Positions 42,697 through 52,015 of a DNA stretch of 64,000 bases are shown piece by piece (positions within the stretch are counted from its first letter, which is position 1; each line of letters opens with the position of its first letter). Source of the DNA: Cyanidioschyzon merolae (lineage: Eukaryota); assembly GCA_000091205.1 (NCBI GenBank), contig AP006493.2. One strand, given 5' to 3'. Made by a program: the position numbers and the translations under genes. The notes below the pieces were generated by a model. That model searched no databases, was not told the DNA's origin, and saw nothing but the letters and a program-made list of their open reading frames with translations.

Positions 42697-44355
42697 ATGG
42701 CGCTACATAGCAGAAGAGCCTCTGGCGGCCTCGTCTTCTTGCAAAGTACAGGTGATGCAGGCGCTGCGAACGCTACCGAACACGCGCTTTACCTCACGTG
42801 TTCAGCGGGTTCTTGCACCTTGCGTGAGCTTCTCGGTTGGGGTTTGCAGCGACTCGCGCTTCTCCAAGAGCTGAGCGACTCGGAGTTGGAGCCGGCTGAG
42901 GCTGAGGCGCAAATCGAGCGTATGTTACGCTCGCCTGCCTACCGGTTTCTGCAGGAGTACCCTGGAAAGGCCGACGCTTGGTCGCACTTTATTCTGCGAC
43001 TGGCGCTCGGTTCATTTGAGTTCGCGCGAGACTGGTGGATCCAAGCGGAACGGCAACTTTTGCGCTTTCGACTGCGACGACGTGCCCTGAGTTTGCGCAG
43101 CATCGACAGCCTCGTTGCGCTAGCCGAGCAGGTGGCACCACCCGAGCTGCGTGCTGCCCCGCGGCCGCTCTTGGAGGCGGTACCTGGCGAAAAGGCCCCG
43201 AAAGAAGTCTACGATACGTTGCGAGGCGATGGCTATCCGTTGATCCACGAACAGCTCAAAAACCTGGGACACACTGGGACTGGTAACCTGGAGAACATGG
43301 GTCTGCCCATGTTTCGCGTGCCGTTCGAGCTCGTCTTGCAATGGGTACGTCACCGACAACTCTGGCTACAAGCCGGCTACGCCTGGGTACCGGCATTAGC
43401 CGTAAATGAACTCGTCCTCGGGTGGTATGAAATATTCCTGCGCCGAGGTACCGCAACCGCGGAGCAGCACTTCGCGGTGGCGCCCAAAGCAACCCGTCTC
43501 CGTGAGCGCCTGACCCCGATTCTGCTCTACCTGCGAGAACAACACAGTGCTTGGAAGCGAACCCGAATACGCGGCACTGGACGCTTGCACGGCATCGATC
43601 GACCACTGGGTACCGAGTTGCATTTGACGGAGCTCGATACCGCCATTCCGGATATGCCGCTGTGTATGCGACTGCTGCTGGAGCGCTTACGACAATGCGG
43701 ACATCTGCGGCACGGAGGGCGCCTCCAGCTCGGTCTCTTTCTCAAAGAGGCTGGATTCACGCTATCCGACTCGCTCCAGTTCTGGCGAGACGCTCTTCGC
43801 GTCAACAGTAATGGACGACCTATCGCGAATCATGAATTTGAACGCGAGTACGCGTACGGCATTCGCTATAATTACGGCCTCGAGGGCAAACGGAAAAATT
43901 GTCCAGCCTTTAGTTGTGCGCGCATACTAGACATGCGCCCGGGGGCAGGTGAGCACCACGGATGTCCTTTTCAAGAGCTCGCCCAGCCAGCGCTTGAACA
44001 AGCCGTGCGAACGCACTTACGGATCACAGATCCCATGGACATTGAGGAAATAACTCGGTATGCTGCAGCTGGACAGCCACAGCGTGCGTGCGCGGGCTGC
44101 TTACGATCCGGGCTGCAGCATCGCGGTAACCGGTTTGAGGAGGAGGAGGAGCAGCAGCAGCAGCAGCAGCATGAGGCCGGCACTGCTGCTCCATCGGAGA
44201 CACTGACACGGGTTTACGGCGATTCGCAGCGACTATCGATAGCCTCTCTGCGACTTGTCGAGCATCCGAATGAATACTTTGCGCAAATGCGTCTGGCTAG
44301 ACACATGGAGCCGGGGACACCACAGAGCACTGCTCTCGACGGCGTTGCTCATTAG
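42697..44355 (+). CDS. PRIM2: DNA primase large subunit (PriL/PRIM2)
   Basis: 552-aa ORF. 'DAWSHFILRLALGSFEFARDWWIQAERQLLRFRL' and 'MPLCMRLLLERLRQCGHLRHGGRLQLGLFLKEAGFTLSDSLQFWR' match the conserved PriL blocks (human 'FPPCMRQLH...[29 protein letters not shown]'). The Fe-S cluster region 'YGIRYNYGLEGKRKNCPAFSCARIL...GEHHGCPF' is present. Confidence 0.85.
   Translation: MALHSRRASGGLVFLQSTGDAGAANATEHALYLTCSAGSCTLRELLGWGLQRLALLQELSDSELEPAEAEAQIERMLRSPAYRFLQEYPGKADAWSHFILRLALGSFEFARDWWIQAERQLLRFRLRRRALSLRSIDSLVALAEQVAPPELRAAPRPLLEAVPGEKAPKEVYDTLRGDGYPLIHEQLKNLGHTGTGNLENMGLPMFRVPFELVLQWVRHRQLWLQAGYAWVPALAVNELVLGWYEIFLRRGTATAEQHFAVAPKATRLRERLTPILLYLREQHSAWKRTRIRGTGRLHGIDRPLGTELHLTELDTAIPDMPLCMRLLLERLRQCGHLRHGGRLQLGLFLKEAGFTLSDSLQFWRDALRVNSNGRPIANHEFEREYAYGIRYNYGLEGKRKNCPAFSCARILDMRPGAGEHHGCPFQELAQPALEQAVRTHLRITDPMDIEEITRYAAAGQPQRACAGCLRSGLQHRGNRFEEEEEQQQQQQHEAGTAAPSETLTRVYGDSQRLSIASLRLVEHPNEYFAQMRLARHMEPGTPQSTALDGVAH
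44139..44171. repeat. (GAG)4(CAG)7 microsatellite, in frame in the primase large-subunit C-terminal tail (EEEEEQQQQQQ)
   Basis: 'gaggaggaggaggagcagcagcagcagcagcagcat' encodes 'FEEEEEQQQQQQHEAG'. Confidence 0.9.
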
Positions 44356-44809
44356 GATACGATATCGCGGGCGCATGATTGCCGGCGCTCGTTTCAAGTA
44401 CGCATTGATCCCTGCTCCCGACCGAGTGGTCGGTACGAACACGAAATCGCGAGCGGGTTATCGCCAGTACTCGTTTCCATTGCATTCGAGCGCAAGTCTT
44501 GCTACGCGCTCAGCCGCAACACGTCGCGTCTAAAGCGTGTTGCCGCGCCAGCAGGCAGCACGGTCCCTGTATGACTCGTCCAGACGCTCTCGGGAAATCG
44601 GGACCCCATCGGAGCGCATCCAACCAAACCGCGCGGACAGCAGGTGGCACTCGCGTTCTCATCAGCTCGTGTGTCCGGCATATGCAGTCCTAGAGACACC
44701 GCCTCAGCTGCAACGGCATCCTCAGACGGCTTGTTCGCGTCGCGGTCCACTATATAGCTGAGCACGCGCCAATGTAGGTCGCTGAATCCCAGGCCAACGA
44801 TGCTCACGT

Positions 44810-47167
44810 TCAGTCCCGCTCGTCGTTCTCGTCCAAATATTTTTCGAGCACCTTTTCTTCGACCTCAAGGACTTGTTCGACCCATTCTTCGAGGACTTCG
44901 TCGTCACCGGGAGCAGCGCCTTCCGCATCCGCTGCGAGCGCATCGGTGATATGGCGCTCGCCCCCGGGGATATGCTTCCATAGCGCTGCACGTTTTTCTG
45001 TCTCCGCTCGATACCGCGCACGGTTGCGTTCCACAAGTTTCTGCCATTCCGCGAGCGCGTCCCGGCGGGCAACTCGAATGTCACGACGTCGATGGGCGCG
45101 CATCGCTGTATCCTCGGCTTCGTACTTGGCACGGTACTGTTTCAGATTCTTGCGTACTTCCCGCTCCTCCTGCTCAGATAGGAACCACTTGGCGGGGCGC
45201 GGGCGCCAGGAAAACTCAAAAAGGTTCTCCATAAAATGGGGCGCACCAAGTTTCCGCCCGTAAAACGTCCAGAGTTGATATCCATGCTCAATACGGGAAG
45301 CGCTCGCATTCACCCAGGTGCACACGAAGCGGCCACTCGGATCCCAGCAGATGTCGGAGCAGGCAAAGTGTTCATCAACGCCCATGAGCTCATGGTCGGC
45401 AACATTCCACCACTCGAGGACGCCTCCCATGCTGCCGAGGCCTGCCAGCAGAACATGCCCCATACCTGTCGGTGACCAGCAGATTCGATTGCACTGCTTC
45501 CGTTCGAGCCTGAACAGGGTCCGTACGGTATCCTTCTGGACCTCGTAGAAAGTCACCATGGGGCGCGTCGAGCCGCTTGCCAGGCCCATGGCACCGGCAA
45601 CGCCTCCAGCAGCGGTTCCGAGCCCGCCCAATGGCGTCGTCGTCGTTGCTGCTGCTGCTGCTGCTGCTGCTGTATTCGGTGGCAAATGTTGCTGATGCAG
45701 AATCGCGAATCGGTCGCTTTTGGGTTCCCACGCAAACGCTAGTACCTTATCGCGTTCGGAGAACTCAAGCGTCTCCACTGGTACGTCTTTTTCATTCACA
45801 CGGAATATTTCAAAGTTTGTGAATCGACCTTTTCTGCTGCGTGTATACCGCTCGACTCTGCAGGCGAGGTACTTGCCCTGCGGGTGCCAGATGAGTTCGA
45901 TATTCGCGACCGAGTACAGGGCTTTCTGTCGCAGTTCGCGGCGGCTTGGCATCTCCAGCAGCAAGACGCGTGCGGGCGACTGGCCCTCCTCGGGCGTCCA
46001 GATGGCCAGGAGGTTCGGCGTGGTGGGTGACCACGCAAACCCGAGCGCAGCCGGAACGCTCACCGGACGATGATCGAGTAGCTCAATCCGATCAGGCAAC
46101 ATCTCAAACACGTGAATGCAGTCCTCTCCGAGTCGCGCCATCATTGTCTCGTCAGCGGAGAACTGCACGAGGGGCCACGGGAAGCGCCCAATATCTGGAG
46201 GCGGCATCCCACGTTCCCGTTCTGTTTCCATACGCTTCCACTCCGCGGACTGCATGGACGCGAGCATTGGGTTCGCTGCATCCGCTCGTGCCCGTTCCTC
46301 AAGAACATCGCTCCAGAGACGCTCCAAGAGGCGCGGCGGCAGACGCAGGGGCGACTCGAAAACCTTTAGGCGGCGACCAGTGCCGGTTTCCCACACGACC
46401 AAGGGCTCTGGCGAGTCCGGGGCATTAAACGTAACTAGATACCGCTCGTTTCCAGAGAAATGTATCAGACGGGGTTGTGGATGCTCGAAGCGTACGATCT
46501 TCTGGAACTCGCTGCCGCCCCAGAGGGCAATGCCCTGCCGATGAAAAGTCGCCAAATAGAGGCCCTGCGGAGACCAGGCTACGTCAGACTCTGTCCAGTT
46601 TGCTCGCTCGTGCTCAAGTTCCGGAGGCAACAGTGGGTCAACCCAGTACACGGCAGTGTCGACGCCCGTGCAGACGACGAACTGATCGCGCCCGCGTGGA
46701 TCCGCCAAGTGTGATAGCAAGTTCGGCCGAGTTTCCATGTGTCGCGCGGTCTCGTCACTCAGCTCCGCAAGCAGCTCTGCTGGTGGCTCAAAAGAAGCAT
46801 CCGGAGGCAGCTGACGCAACCGCTCCACATCGCTAAGAAGACTCACTTGAAAGCGGTGCGCTTTATCGAGCTGAAAACCGTCCGTCTGCTTCCGAGCCCG
46901 CTCTGCCTCTTCTGCAGTAGCATATTCCACGATCCCATAACCCCCGGTCGGCGGAATTTCAAGATACTTGATCACACCCAACGGGGAAAAGATCTTTTGA
47001 ATCACGTTCACGAGTTTCGCGTGTTTGCTTTCCGGGATCACGGGAACGTTTTCGACGACAAGCGTTGAAGCCAGGGCGTCATTGACCGCTCTGTCTACGA
47101 GCGCTTGCTTTGCATTAACTTTGGATGTTTTCCAGGTATCCGCGCCTGATGAAGCAGCGCGCGTCAT
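44810..47167 (-). CDS. EIF3B: Eukaryotic translation initiation factor 3 subunit B (eIF3b/PRT1): RRM + WD40 beta-propeller
   Basis: 785-aa ORF. N-terminal RRM 'TLVVENVPVIPESKHAKLVNVIQKIFSPLGVIKYLEIP...YGIVEYATAEEAERARKQTDGFQLDKAHRFQV'. WD40 core 'VAWSPQGLYLATFHRQGIALWGG..FQKIVRFEHPQPRLIHFSGNERYLVTF'. Charged C-terminal coiled-coil 'WRPRPAKWFLSEQEEREVRKNLKQYRAKYEAED'. Confidence 0.88.
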   Translation of the reverse strand: MTRAASSGADTWKTSKVNAKQALVDRAVNDALASTLVVENVPVIPESKHAKLVNVIQKIFSPLGVIKYLEIPPTGGYGIVEYATAEEAERARKQTDGFQLDKAHRFQVSLLSDVERLRQLPPDASFEPPAELLAELSDETARHMETRPNLLSHLADPRGRDQFVVCTGVDTAVYWVDPLLPPELEHERANWTESDVAWSPQGLYLATFHRQGIALWGGSEFQKIVRFEHPQPRLIHFSGNERYLVTFNAPDSPEPLVVWETGTGRRLKVFESPLRLPPRLLERLWSDVLEERARADAANPMLASMQSAEWKRMETERERGMPPPDIGRFPWPLVQFSADETMMARLGEDCIHVFEMLPDRIELLDHRPVSVPAALGFAWSPTTPNLLAIWTPEEGQSPARVLLLEMPSRRELRQKALYSVANIELIWHPQGKYLACRVERYTRSRKGRFTNFEIFRVNEKDVPVETLEFSERDKVLAFAWEPKSDRFAILHQQHLPPNTAAAAAAAATTTTPLGGLGTAAGGVAGAMGLASGSTRPMVTFYEVQKDTVRTLFRLERKQCNRICWSPTGMGHVLLAGLGSMGGVLEWWNVADHELMGVDEHFACSDICWDPSGRFVCTWVNASASRIEHGYQLWTFYGRKLGAPHFMENLFEFSWRPRPAKWFLSEQEEREVRKNLKQYRAKYEAEDTAMRAHRRRDIRVARRDALAEWQKLVERNRARYRAETEKRAALWKHIPGGERHITDALAADAEGAAPGDDEVLEEWVEQVLEVEEKVLEKYLDENDERD
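45645..45672. repeat. (GCT)9 microsatellite, in frame in the eIF3b gene (poly-Ala/Thr insertion 'AAAAAAATTTT')
   Basis: 'gttgctgctgctgctgctgctgctgctgtat'; the minus-strand translation gives 'NTAAAAAAATTTTP'. Confidence 0.9.
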
Positions 47168-50100
47168 GGCCTAACCCCAGCAACGAACACGGTGTCTTCG
47201 TAGGCGGCGGGGGTTCGTAGAGGCCCTGCGAGCACGAAAACCTCGACCTGCACGACTGCAGCGTCTGACGTCCGCGCGCGCGCGCGGCGACGGCATCGCG
47301 TGGCTAGCAAGTCGCCGAGGACGATGGTATCGAACACCTCGACACCTTCCAGGTATGAGGTCCAGCGAAACGGATACGCACACGGGCACAGTGCGCTTTC
47401 TGCAGTTACCCACTATGGTGGGTGTCAAGCACAAACCCGCATTGCCAGCCGAAAACAACGCATTCCATGCATGATCACGAAGGAGAGAGGCGGCTCCCAG
47501 GATATATCCTAACAGCCACGTTTCTCCAGCGTGTCGTGCAGCGAAGACAAGCCTGCATCCGCAGACTCGCTGAGCACATACCGACGACGAGACCCAATTC
47601 TACGTCGGATGAAGCACACCTCAAGCCGACGCCCTCTGTGTGGCACTGCAACGCCGTTCTAGCTCGATGAACTATCTGCTCTAGCATGTAAGGTGCAAAG
47701 GCGAATACGGAACTGCAGGTACTAGGCACACTCGATAGGACGTATGAAACGACCAGAATATCCGAGATGAAGTATAGGTAATGTAACTTGGAGGTAGGAT
47801 GTTTGATGGATACTTTACTGTGCACTGAAAAAATAACGCAAAAAAGTAAGAAAAGAATAAAGCGCACAATCGGAGAACGCTGACACAGGTAAACGTTTTT
47901 TCAATGGAGCAAAATCGAACACCTCGAGACAGACGGTTGCACCTGCGAAGACGTGTCAGCAGACACGGAGATTGTCGACGTTATTTTCTGTGTGGGTTGG
48001 TGCTGCTCACGTTCAAGACAGGTGCGATGACTTGGAACCGTGACTGGCTCTGTTCGGGGCATCCGACGGCTGCCGAGTCTACGGTGAACACGCTTAGCCA
48101 GCTGCCAGTGGCGATTACCGGGTACGTAGGCGCGGCGTGGGCGGGCCGGGTGCCTCTGCCTCGGGGCTCTGATCGGACACCGTGGATACTTCGCACAGGT
48201 GGACAGTAACCTGCATATGTAGGCAACGTGAGTCGCTTAGTGGTGTATGTGGTCCGGTCGCTTGCACTCTTGGCTTGTTCATTCGGCGCTACATCGCGGA
48301 AACGTTCGACCGTGGATGCCAGGCCTTGCGTCGTGATTCGCATTGAGCGACCTGATTCGGGCTGACCAGTGACCGAGACGCCGTACCGGAACGGCTGATT
48401 TTACAGTCAGGATGGAAATCGCAAGGTGTCTTGACCTGAGCTTTCGAGTTACGGGGCGTCGAGGCCTTTTTAAGCGGAGTCAAACACATCCTGTGCATGA
48501 GGTAGCGGATTCATAGGCCACACTGTGGATCGGGTCACTGATATGCAATGGTATCGAATCAGGGAACACGATTTTCACCCTCGTATAGAGCAGGAGAATC
48601 GTTTCCGGTCTATACATGCGGCGATGCAGCCTTGCTGGATTCCCGCCTGGACCAATCTTGTGCCTCGCTCCAGCTCGGGAAGCAATGCCTGCTCTCTCCT
48701 GGCCACGGATGATGTTCTTCGTCGACTATCTTCAGCGTTTGAGCACAATCTCCATACGGTGCTCCCAACGAGTTGCAGGATTGTTTGCTCGACACAAAGC
48801 CGATGGATACTCCGGGCGCACGCCACACCTCCAGATATTGATTGATTGTGCTCAGGTAGCAGTGCAGAAACCGCTTACTCGCGTGCTCGCTGATGGAATC
48901 GCAATATAACTGACATTCGATCAGCTTCAAGTACAAGAATCTCTTGTAGCCCGACTCTGGTTTACGCGCTTCTCCTCTCTAACGGATTACGCGCGCATTC
49001 GTGCTCATCATGTGTGTATGTCGTGCGAGACGCATTGATAGGCTTGCAAGCAATCGATTCCTGCGCGCACTCAACGCTGTCGCCGAAGAGACAGGAGTGC
49101 AGTCCTTTCGCGCTCCAGCACGTCCGGTGCTGTGGGCCTGCACCTAACAACGGGACGTTTCGCTTATGTCGCCTTCCGACTCCGTGCTCAGGTTGGTGGA
49201 TGCAGGCCTCTGGCCTCTGGACGCCCGAAACCTTTGCCGACCCCCATGTGGTCTCTTACGGTCCTGCCCGAGGTCGTGCGCGTGAGCGATCTCCACGTTC
49301 ATGGGCGCTGTGCGTGAAGCGTAGAATCCCCTCCATCAGTCTCCATTTTTCGGGCTAGATACATGAGGGTACAACGCGTATAACGCACCCAGGGAGCTTG
49401 TCATGTAGCGCTCGATATTGACCCGCACATAGGTTTGGAGTATGTTTGGATGCATTTTAGCAGATGCGCTGTCGATTTTTTCGAAGCTTACGTTGTGCAG
49501 CGGCGTATCAAGGTAGCCCAGGAAGCACATGTGCGAATCTCTGATCCTACTTTTCGACCGTATTCGCCTCCTGTCCCGATTATCAGTTATTTCGCCGCAC
49601 GAAGGTTTGATCAAAACAAAATTTCAGAGGAATCTGGACAACTGGCAGCGCAGCGTCTGAAACTCCAGTGAACAATTGTTCGACGAGGTGCATCACGTCG
49701 AGGCAATCTAGACGAACCTTCTTCGAGTACCAAGCTACGTGTTCCTTCATGGTGTTCGAAGTCGCTCGTTTTGGAAGCTTCTCCCCGGTGACGTGTTCGT
49801 GTTCCGGAGTGATGCTCATGTCAGGCAAATTTCCCTTCCTGTCATTCGTTGTCCTCTTCTCTGGATTCTCTTGCTCTGTTTTGTCTGGTGGTTTCTTCTC
49901 CCTCTCCTTGCTCGCCTTCTATTCTACTAGGCGGCGTGGCATAGACGTGGTCGATTGACTCCACACGCGCTTTTTTTTTCTGGGCTCAGACGTGCTGAAT
50001 GACCGCTGAGCCCGAAGATCGCTTTTGGATGGATGTATGCATGCATGCAGCTGCCATTTCTGAAGTAAATTTTCTTCAGCTTTTCCGTCGCGAGCGCTCC

Positions 50101-52015
50101 TGCCTTCTATATATCGTGCACGAGCAGAGGAGCAATACGAAAGCTCAGGGCTGATGGAGGCTGGAAACGACTCGTCGGATAGCGGTATCACGGATGCATG
50201 CGACTTGGACGTGGATTCGTGAGCGTTGCAATGAAGTTGGGCGAGAGATAAAACGCCTTCGACTCGATTGACACTGGACAAATACACTTGCACGAAGAGC
50301 ACCTCAACGCCGATCTCAACTGCGTGCTCTTTCACCGATTTCGGATGATCCAAATCAACGTTGTCTAACTGCGAAGGAGAAGCCGCCGAGTGTGCTTCGA
50401 CGAAGAATGGAGTGGTGCAGGATCCTGTGCCTTTGGCGGCTCGAAGGCGACCGCACGATAGCATCGTCGCTAGAGCGCATACCATTGGCATGCTCGGTTG
50501 TCTCTCCTGAGCGGACGCCGGTTTGCCGCTCTTCGAGTACCCATACACAGGTTTACTGTATCTCCCGAATCATCGCTCGTCAAGTGAGACAAATGCCTCT
50601 GTACCATTTGTCGTACGCGTTCACGTTTCAGTGCGAACTCGATGCTCCATGTTGCCCAGCATGCGACTGACTAAAATTGAGGCACGCTTGTTTCATCGTC
50701 TATTCTGTGTGTATTTATCAACGTGCGTACCAAAGAATCGGAAATTTCATATCGTCGAGCGTCTGGGGTAGTATTTCTGGGATATCCCACCGGATGGAGC
50801 ACATTGACGACGACGCTTTCGTACAGATAGAGTCTGATGTGTTCTCCTTTGAATACATGGCGTTCAGGGTACGGACGACGAGAAGCGTGATTCACGTGCT
50901 TGCGACCCATGGAGTGACCGACTAGGACAAGGTAGCTCGTGCATCTCTGGCGATTATTTACAGCATAAAGTCTTTTCGAGACCTATCTTATATCTATAGG
51001 ATACAGTTCCGTTCTTAAATGCATGCACGACTATGAAGCAAAAAAAGGCATGGTGGTATCCGTGTTCCGGAATGCAGTGCACGGCGTAGAACCGCAGTTT
51101 CCTCCTTTTTCGTTTTTGCAATCGAAGAACGCCCCATCATTTCACCGGCAAGTTCCGTGCTCTGCAGCATTCCCTGCCGAGCTCTGTATGCGATGCCCGA
51201 ACCTCATGGTTAGCACTTCGAATGCACAAGTGCAGCGCCATGCCAAACCTAGGCAACCGGCCAGGCATGCACTGCCTCGCGCCAGCTGCATGCGTCCATC
51301 GCCCGGCACCTTCTACCTTCCAGGTGGAAAGTTCCGCGATCCGCATGAAAAATCCGACCCACTTTTTCGTACGCCTCTTCACGAGACGTTGCGGAGCAGG
51401 TGCTAGCGTCACGAAACGGGGACGAGTTTCACATATGGTAGCAAAGGCGAGACTCGGTCCCTGGGGTGCTCGCCAACGACCAAGCTTCTCCAACGCGTCG
51501 TAACGCGAACACAGACCTCGGCAAGCAGACTCTCTATACTCAAATCAAAGACGATGCGTCCCGAACCCGACTCGGTTGACCCATACCTCGATTCGACGCC
51601 CGCAGTAGTATACCAGAGCCGCTCTGCTTCCGTGCTGCGTCCGCAGCGGCACCGCTAGAGACGCAGTTGCGGACGCTCAAGACAAGCTCTGCGTACTCAG
51701 GTACCTATACAGTGGCCAGTGCGTCCGACGAGACGGACTAGCAACGGATTCTGGAGTCGGGATATGGGATGTTGGACGCTCTCCCGACCGTTGATATCAA
51801 GTGCCTATGCGCGGATACCTGCTCTTTCTACGAAAATGCGCTGAAAAAATCGCGACGCGCCCTGACTAGAACGTCGTCGGCTGAACGCCCATTGCCGGTG
51901 AAGTGCGGAATCCTGCTACTGCTACTACTGCTTCTGGACACAGTGTTCGTGCTGGTGTCAGGCTGCGTGGGGACGCAAAAGCACGCTGCAGACGGTACTA
52001 TTCGTCTCTTGGTCA

